Source of the DNA: an uncultured Candidatus Saccharibacteria bacterium
Lineage (GTDB): Bacteria > Patescibacteriota > Minisyncoccia > Phycocordibacterales > Phycocordibacteraceae
Direction: 5' to 3'
Assembly (NCBI GenBank): GCA_964434255.1
Contig: CAYSUL010000001.1
Span: 27,720-91,719 of the forward strand
Length of the DNA stretch: 64,000 nt
In this document: positions 1-9,223 of the stretch, piece after piece
Layout of the letters: each line of letters opens with the position of its first letter
How positions within the stretch are numbered: the stretch's first letter is position 1
Translations under genes and position numbers: made by a program
Notes under the pieces: model-generated
Database searches by the model: none
What the model saw: only the letters and a program-made list of their open reading frames with translations
Told to the model about the DNA's origin: nothing

Positions 1-339
1 CTTCCCGGCTGGGATATCTCGCTCGTGTTCGCAGGAGAAGCGCGCGCGAAGCACTTGAATGAAGTGCTTCGCAACAAGGACTATGTCCCGAACGTACTCT
101 CGTACCAGTCGGGCCCGAAGTCGGGGGAGATAATCATTTGCCTAAATGAAGCGAAGCGGCAGGCGCCTTCGTTCGACATGAGCTACACGGTTTTCGTCGG
201 ATATCTTTTTATCCACGGCTGCTTCCATTTGGCCGGAAAGCGTCACGGCACTACAATGGAACATCAGGAACGAGCGCTTCTCGCTCGTCTCATCGATATT
301 CCCTCTTCTACTCATGCGACGCATCGCCACCGGCATTGA
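1..339 (+). CDS. ybeY: rRNA maturation RNase YbeY (5'-truncated by window)
   Basis: LN..R.KDY.PNVLSY, GEIIIC and IHGCFHLAG..H metal-binding motif; frame open from base 1. Confidence 0.85.
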   Translation, partial: LPGWDISLVFAGEARAKHLNEVLRNKDYVPNVLSYQSGPKSGEIIICLNEAKRQAPSFDMSYTVFVGYLFIHGCFHLAGKRHGTTMEHQERALLARLIDIPSSTHATHRHRH

Positions 340-1480
340 TATCGGCACCCACCACACCAAAGTGGTGGTGGTCGAAGAGGTGCGCACTCCCGAAGGCCCT
401 ATCCTCCGCATCATCGGTACTGGGCTCTCGGAGACCCGTGGGCTGCGCCACGGGTACGTAGTGGACCCGGAGGACGCTTCCGCGAGCATACGGGCCGCAC
501 GCGAGCAGGCGGAGCAGGTAGCGGGGGTGCCAGTGAAGCGCGGGTTCCTCGCTATCGGCGGCATTAGCCTCGATGAGGTGCGAGCCCAGGGCGAGACCGT
601 CATCTCGCGGGCCGACCAGGAGATAACCGAGCTCGATATCGAGAAGACCCGCGAGACCGCGCGCCAGGCCGCTTCCCCTAACTTCCTCAACCGCACCGTC
701 CTGCATGAGATACCGCTCGAGTTCCGGGTGGACGGTTCCAAATCGCTCGGCGAGCCGGTGGGCATGAAGGGCACGCGCCTTGAAGCCGACTATCTTTTCA
801 TAACGTGCCTCTCGCAGCATGCGGACCTTCTCGAGAGCGTTACCGAGTCCGCGGACATCGAGGTCATCGACCGCATGGCATCTCCTCTTGCTGGTTCGTA
901 TGTCACCCTCACCAAGGACCAGAAGATGAAGGGCTGCGTACTTGCGAACATCGGTTCCGAGACCGTTTCCATAGTGGTGTATGACGAGGGACTTCCTGTT
1001 TCCGTAAAAGTGTTCCCCTTGGGCTCTTCCCACATCACTGACGACCTTGCGCTCGGATTCAAGGTATCGCTCGAGGACGCGGAGCGCCTCAAGCTCGGGC
1101 GTTTGTCCGGCAGCATGTACCCACGCCGCAAGGTGGAGGAGATAATCACCGCGCGGTTCCGCATGATATTCGATCTCATCGATAAGCACCTGAAGCAGCT
1201 CGGTCGTGGCCGCACGCTCCCGGCAGGAGTCATCATCTCTGGAGGGGGTGCGGGCCAAGGCCTCATCACCGATATCGCCAAGGGCACGCTCAACCTCCCC
1301 TCCCGTATCGCTGACATGCGCCTCACGACCGATGTGAAGGTCCGTGACGCCACCTGGGCGGTCGCGTACGGCCTCGCGCTCTGGGGACTCACCGGAGACA
1401 CCGAGACGACCACCAAGAAGCGGAGCGCCAAGGATATCTTCAATGGGCTGCAGGGATTCTTCCGTCAGTTCCTTCCCTAG
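314..1480 (+). CDS. ftsA: Cell division protein FtsA
   Basis: GIDIGTHHTKVVV actin-fold start, G.RHG.VVD, GVIISGGGA; upstream of ftsZ. Confidence 0.95.
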   Translation: MRRIATGIDIGTHHTKVVVVEEVRTPEGPILRIIGTGLSETRGLRHGYVVDPEDASASIRAAREQAEQVAGVPVKRGFLAIGGISLDEVRAQGETVISRADQEITELDIEKTRETARQAASPNFLNRTVLHEIPLEFRVDGSKSLGEPVGMKGTRLEADYLFITCLSQHADLLESVTESADIEVIDRMASPLAGSYVTLTKDQKMKGCVLANIGSETVSIVVYDEGLPVSVKVFPLGSSHITDDLALGFKVSLEDAERLKLGRLSGSMYPRRKVEEIITARFRMIFDLIDKHLKQLGRGRTLPAGVIISGGGAGQGLITDIAKGTLNLPSRIADMRLTTDVKVRDATWAVAYGLALWGLTGDTETTTKKRSAKDIFNGLQGFFRQFLP

Positions 1481-1487
1481 GTACATC

Positions 1488-1515
1488 TTGCTTTTTCTGT
1501 ATTTCCGTGTATAAT
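1488..1515 (+). promoter_or_regulatory. Putative sigma70 promoter for XRE gene (TTGCTT-N16-TATAAT)
   Basis: Perfect TATAAT at 1510-1515, TTGCTT at 1488-1493. Confidence 0.5.
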
Positions 1516-1575
1516 CATCGCTAGAGGTTCGTGTTCGATTCCTCTGTCTTTCAGATAAAATGAAAAGGTGTATAG

Positions 1576-2010
1576 ATGGCCGACGGTACCGGGATGCGTG
1601 TCATCCCCCAAGTTAACGAAGAAAACGGGCCCGATCCGATCGACGTCGCGGTGGGTCACCGCATCCGTGTCCGGCGTAAGTGGCTCGGCATCAGCCAGAG
1701 CACCCTCGCGGACCATCTGGGCGTCTCGTTCCAGCAAGTCCAGAAGTACGAGCGCGGCGCCAATCGCGTCTCCGCCTCCATGCTGGTGAAGATCGCCCAG
1801 AAGCTCGACACCTCGGTGGGCGAACTGGTCGGCGAGAATGGTGCGCCGAACGGCGACGAGAGCCTGAACAAGAAGCTGGCCATCCCCGGCGCCGTGCAGC
1901 TGCTCGAGGCCTTCGCCGGCCTCCTGCCCCAGCACCGAACCGCGGTCCTGACCCTGACCCGCTCGCTGAACGAAGCGTCCGGCGACGACCAGGTCCGGCG
2001 CGCCCGCTAG
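1576..2010 (+). CDS. XRE-family HTH transcriptional regulator, alphaproteobacterial type
   Basis: PDPIDVAVGHRIRVRR..LGISQ..LA..LGVSFQQVQKYERGANRVSAS motif; GC-richer, CTG-rich codons. Confidence 0.9.
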   Translation: MADGTGMRVIPQVNEENGPDPIDVAVGHRIRVRRKWLGISQSTLADHLGVSFQQVQKYERGANRVSASMLVKIAQKLDTSVGELVGENGAPNGDESLNKKLAIPGAVQLLEAFAGLLPQHRTAVLTLTRSLNEASGDDQVRRAR

Positions 2011-2033
2011 GCGCAAACCACGACAAGACTCAT

Positions 2034-2064
2034 GAAGCGGCGCCCCGGCGCCGCTTCTTCTTTT
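2034..2064 (+). terminator. Rho-independent terminator
   Basis: GAAGCGGCGCC/GGCGCCGCTTC stem followed by T-rich tract. Confidence 0.75.
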
Positions 2065-2238
2065 ATATAGCTGCTGCGTCAGGATATGACGTAGATGAAG
2101 GATTCTTTACGACAGAAACAGGATAAAACGCAAATTCCGCGACACAAGCACAGCACGCCTGAAAAAAAAGTCACTATTTGCAAGCCGGTCGCAGCTGGTA
2201 TTATTGCCCCAGTTATTACCGGCCCCTAGATCCCCCTT

Positions 2239-3507
2239 ATGTCAAAGCGCGTAGACCCAGAGATAGAGACGTTCGCCCGCATCCGCGTCGTAGGAACCGG
2301 AGGTTCCGGCTGCAACGCCGTGAATCACATGATCAACTCCAAGGTGAAAGGCGTTGAGTTCATCGCCGTTAACACCGACGCCCAGGACCTTCACCGGTCG
2401 CTCGCCAAGAAGAAGATCCATATCGGCAAGAACCTCACCAAGGGTCTCGGTGCCGGCATGAACCCCGACCTCGGCCGGCGTGCTGCTGAGGAGACCCGCC
2501 AGGAAATCCAGGAGGCGCTCCAGGGTTCCGACATGGTGTTCATCACCTGCGGCATGGGAGGAGGCACCGGAACCGGTGCTGCCCCTACGGTCGCCAAGAT
2601 TGCGAAGGAGCTGGGCGCGCTCACGGTTGCAGTGGTCACCAAGCCGTTCACGTTCGAGGGACTTCAGCGCAAGGAGATCGCGGACCGCGGTCTTGCCGAG
2701 CTTAAGAAGGAAGTCGATGCGTTCATCGTCATCCCGAACGATAAGCTCCTCTCCATTGTGGAAGCGCAGACCACTGCCTCGAGCGCGTTCGCACTCGCCG
2801 ACGAAATACTTCGTCAGGCAGTCGAGGGCGTCTCCGACATCATCACGACGCCAGGAGAGATCAACACGGACTTCAACGACATCAAGGCCATCATGGAAGG
2901 GGCCGGTCCCGCACTCATGGGCATCGGTATCGCGGACGGGGATCGCCGTGCACAGGACGCTGCCGCACAGGCCGTCAATTCCCCACTCCTCGATGTCTCC
3001 ATCACGGGAGCCAAGGGCGTGCTCTTCGTCGTCGCAGGTTCTGACGACCTCGGTATCCTCGAAGTCCAGGAAGCGGCGAAGGTAGTCTCGGATTCGGTTG
3101 ATAAGAACGCGAAGGTCATCTTCGGTATCATGCGCGACGAGAAGCTCAAGAAGGGCCAGATCCGCATCATCGTCATCGCCACCGGATTCCCCGAGGGTGA
3201 GGGTGAGGGTACCCAAGGCGGTATCGAGCGCTCCCTCTTCGCAATGCCCGCAGAGGAACAGCAGGAGGCTCGTGGAAGCATCTTCAATGACATCATGAAG
3301 CGCCCGCAGCCTGCAGCTGAAGAAGTAGTGGTTCCAGTAATCACTATCGAGGACGAGTCCGTCCGCGAGGAGCGACGCGAGCCCGTCGTGACCGCGCAGC
3401 CGCAGAGGCGCGAAGAGGCGAAGCCCCTTACCCCACCCAAGGCCGAGGAGGAAGAGGACGAAGCGTGGGGAGCGATTCCTTCGTTTCTTAGGCGCCACAA
3501 AAAATAG
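2239..3507 (+). CDS. ftsZ: Cell division protein FtsZ
   Basis: GMGGGTGTG tubulin signature; C-terminal IPSFLRR peptide. Confidence 0.98.
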   Translation: MSKRVDPEIETFARIRVVGTGGSGCNAVNHMINSKVKGVEFIAVNTDAQDLHRSLAKKKIHIGKNLTKGLGAGMNPDLGRRAAEETRQEIQEALQGSDMVFITCGMGGGTGTGAAPTVAKIAKELGALTVAVVTKPFTFEGLQRKEIADRGLAELKKEVDAFIVIPNDKLLSIVEAQTTASSAFALADEILRQAVEGVSDIITTPGEINTDFNDIKAIMEGAGPALMGIGIADGDRRAQDAAAQAVNSPLLDVSITGAKGVLFVVAGSDDLGILEVQEAAKVVSDSVDKNAKVIFGIMRDEKLKKGQIRIIVIATGFPEGEGEGTQGGIERSLFAMPAEEQQEARGSIFNDIMKRPQPAAEEVVVPVITIEDESVREERREPVVTAQPQRREEAKPLTPPKAEEEEDEAWGAIPSFLRRHKK

Positions 3508-3713
3508 AGGTCCTTGGGATTCCGAATCCCAACCCTGGAAGACCTTTAACGGGTTGGATTCATGACCGTCGCTCCAGCGGAAAGAAGAACCCTCGGTAAT
3601 ACGAAGGTTCTTTAGCTGTTAGGGCACCTTAGTCATTGACTGAGGACAGTATATATGGTATACATGTAATACACACGGTGTGTGTTTCTGCTGCCCTTTC
3701 AAAGGAGAATGTA

Positions 3714-4046
3714 ATGCGTAATCAAGATGTTCGTCACGCACGATGGAATCCGGACGCGATTACCGGGATGTGGAAGTTCGCTCCTGGGGTCGATCCCCAG
3801 ATACTCGCGACACTGGCGCGCGAGTGGAAGGATTCCGCTCCGGACCGGTACAGCGATCTGCATGTTAGAAGCTGGGGTCGCAATCAGTTCGCGATCTGCT
3901 TCACCTACCGTAGCGCGTCCTCGTATCCGATGCGTCTGTACATCAAGAATATCCGAGATATAATCCAGTCCCACTTGAGCAGCTTTCATCTCGAGAAGGA
4001 GCTGATCGGTTGGGATATCACGCAAGGAGCGTGGTATATCGACTGA
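3714..4046 (+). CDS. Hypothetical protein (orphan)
   Basis: ORF with AAGGAG SD before ATG 3714, TTGACT -35 at 3636, hairpin downstream. Confidence 0.6.
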   Translation: MRNQDVRHARWNPDAITGMWKFAPGVDPQILATLAREWKDSAPDRYSDLHVRSWGRNQFAICFTYRSASSYPMRLYIKNIRDIIQSHLSSFHLEKELIGWDITQGAWYID

Positions 4047-4167
4047 CGCAAGAAATCCAGGGGCCTCGCACAATCCAGTGCGAGGCTCTTAGTTTTCCGA
4101 GATGTTGGTCTTCGTACGAATGTACGCAGGAGCAAGCGGAAAGTCTTTCGGGTATACTGACCGGACT

Positions 4168-5094
4168 ATGCACGATTTGATAATCATCGGAGGCGGGCCA
4201 GCTGGTATCGCCGCAGGGGTATACGCCGCAAGGAAGCGTTTGAAGTCCGTTCTGATCGCAGAGGAGATAGGTGGTCAGTCCACGGTCTCCGAGGGCGTCG
4301 AGAACTGGATAGGGACGGTGAAGATAGCGGGCCCCGATATGGCGAAGTCGTTCCGCGAGCACCTCGATGCGTATAAGGGAGATATCGTAGAAGTCATCGA
4401 AGGCGACCGAGTCGAGAAGCTCGAGAAGGCTGAGGGCGGGTTCATGGTCGCTACGCGCGATGGCAAGTCATTCACGGGACGCACGGTCCTCATCGCGTCG
4501 GGCGCTGGCCGCAAGAAGCTCCATGTCCCAGGAGCCGAGGCGTTCGAGAACAAGGGTGTCACGTACTGCGCCTCCTGCGATGGCCCTCTCTTCGCAGGAC
4601 AGGACGTAGCGGTGGTGGGCGGCGGCAACGCAGGCTTCGAGACTGCCGCGCAGCTCCTCGCGTACTGCAAATCGGTCACGCTCATCCATCGCCGCGATTC
4701 CTTCAAGGCGGACGCCATAACCGTCGAGAAGGTGCTCGCCCACCCGAACATGACCGCGCTCATGGATACCGAGCCGGTTGAAGTGAAGGGCGAGAAGTTC
4801 GTATCCGGGCTCGTGGTTAAGAATGTAAAGACGAGCGAAGTCGCCGAGCTTCCGGTCACCGGCGTGTTCGCTGAGATAGGGGTAATCCCTAATACCGACT
4901 ACGCCAAGGGCGTCGTCGAGCTCGATGAAGTAGGTCGTGTGGTTACGAACCAACGCAACCAGACGACGAGCGTTGAGGGCATTTGGGCCGCGGGCGACGC
5001 GACCGATGAGCTCTATCACCAAAACAACATAGCGGCGGGAGACGCGGTGAAGGCGCTCGAGGATATATACCAGTGGGTGATGCGGAATAAATAG
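4168..5094 (+). CDS. trxB: Thioredoxin reductase / AhpF-like FAD disulfide oxidoreductase
   Basis: GGGPAG, CASCDG redox motif, VVGGGNAG, AAGD. Confidence 0.92.
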   Translation: MHDLIIIGGGPAGIAAGVYAARKRLKSVLIAEEIGGQSTVSEGVENWIGTVKIAGPDMAKSFREHLDAYKGDIVEVIEGDRVEKLEKAEGGFMVATRDGKSFTGRTVLIASGAGRKKLHVPGAEAFENKGVTYCASCDGPLFAGQDVAVVGGGNAGFETAAQLLAYCKSVTLIHRRDSFKADAITVEKVLAHPNMTALMDTEPVEVKGEKFVSGLVVKNVKTSEVAELPVTGVFAEIGVIPNTDYAKGVVELDEVGRVVTNQRNQTTSVEGIWAAGDATDELYHQNNIAAGDAVKALEDIYQWVMRNK

Positions 5095-5156
5095 CCGTAT
5101 GAGGTAAAAGAAAAAGCCGCCCCATAAGGACGGTTTTTCTTTGTGGGAGTGAAAGC

Positions 5157-5285
5157 TTATGCAGCCTCTGCCTCGCCAGTCTCCGTTGCTGCGTCCTCTG
5201 CAGGAGCAGCAACCTCTTCGTCAGTAGCCTCGGGAGCCGCCTCTTCGGTGACCTCACCTTCGGTCTTGATTTCGTCTTCGTTCAT
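5157..5285 (-). CDS. Small acidic protein (42 aa, MNEDEIKTEGEVTEEAAPEA...)
   Basis: Hand-translated ORF with host-like codon usage; converges on the hairpin after trxB. Confidence 0.5.
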   Translation of the reverse strand: MNEDEIKTEGEVTEEAAPEATDEEVAAPAEDAATETGEAEAA

Positions 5286-5414
5286 GTGTTGTGGAGAATG
5301 GCCCCATATACCCCAGAAGGGAAAAATATAAGGCCATCCAATGCTTAATTGGCTGGCAATTCGACCGATAGCTCAAGTGTACCAAATGTAGAGCTAAAAA
5401 AGCAATGAAGTGGC

Positions 5415-6602
5415 CTATGCCCCATTCATGTCCCAGATGAGGGCGGCGACGTTCCGGGGCTCGCCCGCAAACGGCAAGTGATGATTATCGAAGAACGGCA
5501 TGGAATTACACTCAAGTATCCCGCAGCGTTCCTGCTCGTTCCAGGGGCGGGAGATATCCTCGATGATGAAATCGAGCCCGACGATAGGGGCCTTCAGCAC
5601 TCTCGCTACCTCCTCGAAGAGCGCGATGTTGTATGGATGCACCTCGTCGGTCACGTCTGCGGTCGTTCCTCCTACGCTCCAGTTTATCTTCTGGTGGAGG
5701 ATTACCTTTCTTCCCTTCTCGGGCACAGACTCGAACACGAGGCCTTGCCATGCGAGCTCGGCTTCCGCTGCCTCATCGAGTTGTATTTTATGGAAATACG
5801 GACCTGAGCGCGCAGGATGCGTGTTCGCCTCCTCAACGAGGTCGATGATAGTTCGCGTGCCGTCACCGATAACGTACGGCTGATCGCGCCTAAGGGCGGC
5901 AGCGAACTTGCCGTCCACGACCGTGGCCCGATACACGGGGCCGACGAGCTCCTCCTCGATGACGACGCGAGGCGAGACTTCGTGCGCGATACCGAATGCG
6001 CTCGCGAGCTCTTCCTCGTTCGTTATGTGGAGCGTGGTGTGCCGGGACCCAGAACCCGAGTGAGGCTTCGCTATCGCAGGAGGCGTGAGGGAACGGAATA
6101 TTCTCCTCGCCTGCGCGAGCGTACGGGCATCGCCGCCCTTCGCTACCGGAAGCCCGAGCTTCCTGAAGCGCTTCTTCAGCTCCGCCTTATCATCCATCCA
6201 GTGCACGCGTTCGAGCTCGGACGCGGGGAGTGGTATGCCTTCGAAGACGATCTTCCTCCCGTCCGGAAGCCGGGCGAGGAATATGTTGCGGGGCAGGTTG
6301 AAGAGCCTGAACTCCTGCATCTCTATTCCCCGCTCCCCGGCTTCCCTCCAGAGCATGAGCGCAAGGAGCTGGGTACCGTCATCAGGAGCGGTGACACGCT
6401 TCGCGGCGCCCATAGAGATAAGGAGGTCGAGGAGATGCGGCGTTAGTGCGCGCTCGACGCGCTGTACACCACGCGTGATGAAATTAGATCCTTTCGGTAT
6501 GGGAATGAATCCTGTCGTCAGTTCATCAATCAGGATGCTGAAGTACGTGATGCGGTGATAGACGGCTCCCGACCCGCACTCGACGCATTCCGTTGGCTTC
6601 AT
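5415..6602 (-). CDS. ATP-grasp ligase (cyanophycin synthetase / GshAB-like domain)
   Basis: DDK..LK...G.PV..G, KP..GS, GLDFII, ILECNSMP ATP-grasp motifs. Confidence 0.75.
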   Translation of the reverse strand: MKPTECVECGSGAVYHRITYFSILIDELTTGFIPIPKGSNFITRGVQRVERALTPHLLDLLISMGAAKRVTAPDDGTQLLALMLWREAGERGIEMQEFRLFNLPRNIFLARLPDGRKIVFEGIPLPASELERVHWMDDKAELKKRFRKLGLPVAKGGDARTLAQARRIFRSLTPPAIAKPHSGSGSRHTTLHITNEEELASAFGIAHEVSPRVVIEEELVGPVYRATVVDGKFAAALRRDQPYVIGDGTRTIIDLVEEANTHPARSGPYFHKIQLDEAAEAELAWQGLVFESVPEKGRKVILHQKINWSVGGTTADVTDEVHPYNIALFEEVARVLKAPIVGLDFIIEDISRPWNEQERCGILECNSMPFFDNHHLPFAGEPRNVAALIWDMNGA

Positions 6603-6617
6603 GATGCGCCCGGAATA

Positions 6618-6773
6618 TTACGCTGCGAAGAAAACGCCTAGGTAGTACGGCCAGAGCACGAGCGCGAGGACGCCGGGCCAGAATGCGAGGCCGAGATATC
6701 CGAGAGTGAACAACCAGCCCACTATCCATGCGCCTCCTGAAATGCTGTGATGCTCTATTTTGATTTTTTCCAT
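6618..6773 (-). CDS. Small membrane protein
   Basis: 51 aa hydrophobic ORF (GW.FTLGYL.L.FW.G.LA..LWPYYLG). Confidence 0.65.
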   Translation of the reverse strand: MEKIKIEHHSISGGAWIVGWLFTLGYLGLAFWPGVLALVLWPYYLGVFFAA

Positions 6774-6788
6774 ACTCTCAGTATAGCG

Positions 6789-6876
6789 TGGCGGAGGGGG
6801 GGAGATTCGAACTCCCGATACCTTGCGGTATGGTGGTTTTCGAAACCACTGCACTAGGCCACTATGCGACCCCTCC
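6789..6876 (-). tRNA. tRNA-Ser(CGA)
   Basis: Cloverleaf with long variable arm, anticodon loop TTCGAAA, encoded CCA. Confidence 0.93.
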
Positions 6877-6951
6877 CGGAGGCTAACGTTCCGTATCCTA
6901 GCATTTTTGGCTCTAGAAATGTAGGATTTAAAAGTTCCGCCTTCAACAGAA

Positions 6952-7023
6952 GGCTCCATCGTCTAACGGTTAGGACGCGGCCCTTTCACGGCTGAAATCG
7001 GGGTTCGATTCCCCGTGGAGTCA
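6952..7023 (+). tRNA. tRNA-Glu(TTC)
   Basis: Cloverleaf, anticodon loop CTTTCAC, GGTTCGATTCC T-arm. Confidence 0.93.
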
Positions 7024-7096
7024 CATAGACAATTACTACGCCTCGACAGAACGATATCGTGCGAAGCAGAAAGGTCCCAAGGTGACTGCATAACAC

Positions 7097-7125
7097 TTGA
7101 CAAAATATTTCACGTATAGTAGTCT
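7097..7125 (+). promoter_or_regulatory. sigma70 promoter of cold-shock gene (TTGACA-N17-TAGTCT)
   Basis: Perfect -35, 17-bp spacer; gives the long 5' UTR typical of csp genes. Confidence 0.6.
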
Positions 7126-7238
7126 ACCTAGGTCAACGCAGCGCTGAGTAGTAGCAAGGATCGACTTTCGAATCCAGCCACCTGTCTTTGATGACTTACT
7201 CGCGTGCACTCTCTTACATCGCTATGCCAGAAGGAACC

Positions 7239-7442
7239 ATGGAAGAAGGAGTCATTGCCGGTCTTACCGACAAGGGCTTCGGCTTCATCAAGCGCGAAGG
7301 AGCGGAAAAGGATCTCTTTTTCCACTCCAATGAGCTCAAGAACGTAACGTTCGACGAGCTCCGCGAAGGTGACAAGCTATCGTTCGAACTCGCGGAAGGT
7401 CCGAAAGGACTTTACGCAGCGAACGTCAGCCGCGTCTCCTAA
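7239..7442 (+). CDS. csp: Cold-shock protein
   Basis: KGFGFI (RNP1), LFFH (RNP2), GPKG..A.NV. Confidence 0.93.
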   Translation: MEEGVIAGLTDKGFGFIKREGAEKDLFFHSNELKNVTFDELREGDKLSFELAEGPKGLYAANVSRVS

Positions 7443-7447
7443 CCACC

Positions 7448-7470
7448 AGCGCCCCTTCGGGGGCGCTTTT
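7448..7470 (+). terminator. Rho-independent terminator
   Basis: AGCGCCCC-TTCG-GGGGCGCT followed by TTT. Confidence 0.8.
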
Positions 7471-7490
7471 GGTTCCGGCACCAAACGACT

Positions 7491-7970
7491 ATGGAAGCAA
7501 TCCGCGCTAAGACCGACATCCAAGCGCCTCTTTGGGAGGTGTATGAGATCATGTCCACGCTCGGCGGCCTCCGTAGCTGGCTCACGCGCGATGCACAGGG
7601 CGATCCTGCCAAGGGAGGCACGCTCACGCTCGGGTTCGGTCCCGAGCGGACGATGGTCATGCAGGTTGGTATCGTGCGCAAGAATGCGTACATCTCGTGG
7701 GTACTTACGGACTCTACCTTCCCCGCGTCCGGGTCGGGGCAGAAGACGAAGATAGTATTTCGCCTTTGCGAGGGCGAAGGACGCGGAACGAATGTCGACG
7801 TCGAGCATTCCGGCTGGACCGATACGAACGAGTTCTATCGAGTTAGCGGGTATCTCTGGGAGCAATCCCTCCTGAGCCTCAAGAAAGTGTGCGAGACCGG
7901 GCGCGGCGAACCTATTACGCCCGCAGTGCTCACCACGAAGAAGGCGACGGGATGGTTCCCGGTGATGTAG
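7491..7970 (+). CDS. SRPBCC / AHSA1-like protein
   Basis: I.AP...VY....T..GL..W, T.I.F.L, EHSGW, W...L..LK...ETG. Confidence 0.8.
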   Translation: MEAIRAKTDIQAPLWEVYEIMSTLGGLRSWLTRDAQGDPAKGGTLTLGFGPERTMVMQVGIVRKNAYISWVLTDSTFPASGSGQKTKIVFRLCEGEGRGTNVDVEHSGWTDTNEFYRVSGYLWEQSLLSLKKVCETGRGEPITPAVLTTKKATGWFPVM

Positions 7971-8019
7971 CAGTGCTGGTTGAATCCTGAACCCAAACAC
8001 GGTATTCTGCGGAAGTTCT

Positions 8020-8093
8020 GCGCGGTTAGCTCAGCTGGTTAGAGCGACCCCTTGACGTGGGGTAGGCCGGGGATTCGAATTCCTCACCGCGCA
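8020..8093 (+). tRNA. tRNA-Val(GAC)
   Basis: Cloverleaf, anticodon loop TTGACGT. Confidence 0.9.
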
Positions 8094-8180
8094 CACTTGG
8101 ATAAGTCGACGTAGCTAGTGCTAGTAGTGATACGCTCATATATGGAATTGGCGCCATTGAATTAATACAGGAGAAGTCTG

Positions 8181-8315
8181 ATGCCTTTCGGAAAGTGGAT
8201 CGACAGCTTCACCGGCAACTCGATGGCAGTCGTGTGGGCGCTCGGAGGAGTACTGGTAACTGCTGCCATCATCCTGCCCCTCACTCTCAAACGCGTGCGT
8301 GACCGCCGTCCGTAA
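8181..8315 (+). CDS. Small single-pass membrane protein (44 aa)
   Basis: AGGAG SD, one hydrophobic helix, basic tail, hairpin at stop. Confidence 0.55.
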   Translation: MPFGKWIDSFTGNSMAVVWALGGVLVTAAIILPLTLKRVRDRRP

Positions 8316-8362
8316 GGACGGCGGCTTCGCGTTCTCCCTCTAAATACGCTATAAACCTATAT

Positions 8363-9223
8363 ATGGAACGCACGATAGTCCTCTACCACGGCAGCTGCCC
8401 CGACGGGTTCGGCGGAGCGTACGCCGCCTGGAAGAAGTTCGGCGACACCGCGGAATATATTCCCCTGCACCGCGATGCCCCGCCTGCCGATAGCTTCGCG
8501 GGCGCACATCTCTATTTCATAGACTTCACATATACGAAGGACATCATGGATGCGTTCGTGGCGACTGCGGGGAGCGTCACCGTGCTCGACCACCATGACG
8601 GAGTCCAGGATGTCGTTGAATCGATGCCTGAATACCGGTATACCAGCGATCACTCTGGCGCGACCATCGCGTGGGAGTATTTCCACCCAGACACGCCTAC
8701 CCCGCTCCTCCTCCAGTACGTCGAGGACGACGACCTCTTCCGCTTTGCGCTCGCCGAGACACGAGCCGTCCTCTGCTACCTCACCATCCAGCCATATACC
8801 TTCGAGAGCTGGGACCGCATCGTCACGGAGCTCGAAGACATTTCTACCCGAACCCACGTTCTCGCACGCGCGAATATCTATGCCGAGTATTTCGAGCATC
8901 TCGCCAACCTCTCGGTAGAGAAGGCCGACCTTGTGGAGTTCGAGGGGCACCAAGTCTATTTCGCGACCGCGCATCCGCTCAAGCCACTGAAGTCGCTTGT
9001 GGGCAATCTGCTGGCCAAAAAGCACGGACCGTTCGCGCTCGTGGTCTCCGCCCACCCCAAGGGATACGGTGTCTCCATACGCGGTGACGGCTCCATAGAC
9101 GTCGCAGCCATAGCGGAGAAGTATGGCGGCAACGGCCACACCTCGTCTGCAGGTTTCGCTATCCCTGCTGGTAGTCCGGTTCCGTGGACCAAAGTACCTA
9201 AAGATGAAGCTCCTCGCGATTGA
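8363..9223 (+). CDS. DHH/DHHA1 family phosphoesterase
   Basis: YH..C.DG, LDHH, SGA, GGNGH..SAG motifs. Confidence 0.88.
   Translation: MERTIVLYHGSCPDGFGGAYAAWKKFGDTAEYIPLHRDAPPADSFAGAHLYFIDFTYTKDIMDAFVATAGSVTVLDHHDGVQDVVESMPEYRYTSDHSGATIAWEYFHPDTPTPLLLQYVEDDDLFRFALAETRAVLCYLTIQPYTFESWDRIVTELEDISTRTHVLARANIYAEYFEHLANLSVEKADLVEFEGHQVYFATAHPLKPLKSLVGNLLAKKHGPFALVVSAHPKGYGVSIRGDGSIDVAAIAEKYGGNGHTSSAGFAIPAGSPVPWTKVPKDEAPRD

Noticed and set aside
2242-3498. Long antisense ORFs over ftsA, ftsZ, rnj, typA, the ATPase and others
   Set aside because: Shadow ORFs expected from GC-rich codon bias opposite well-supported genes.
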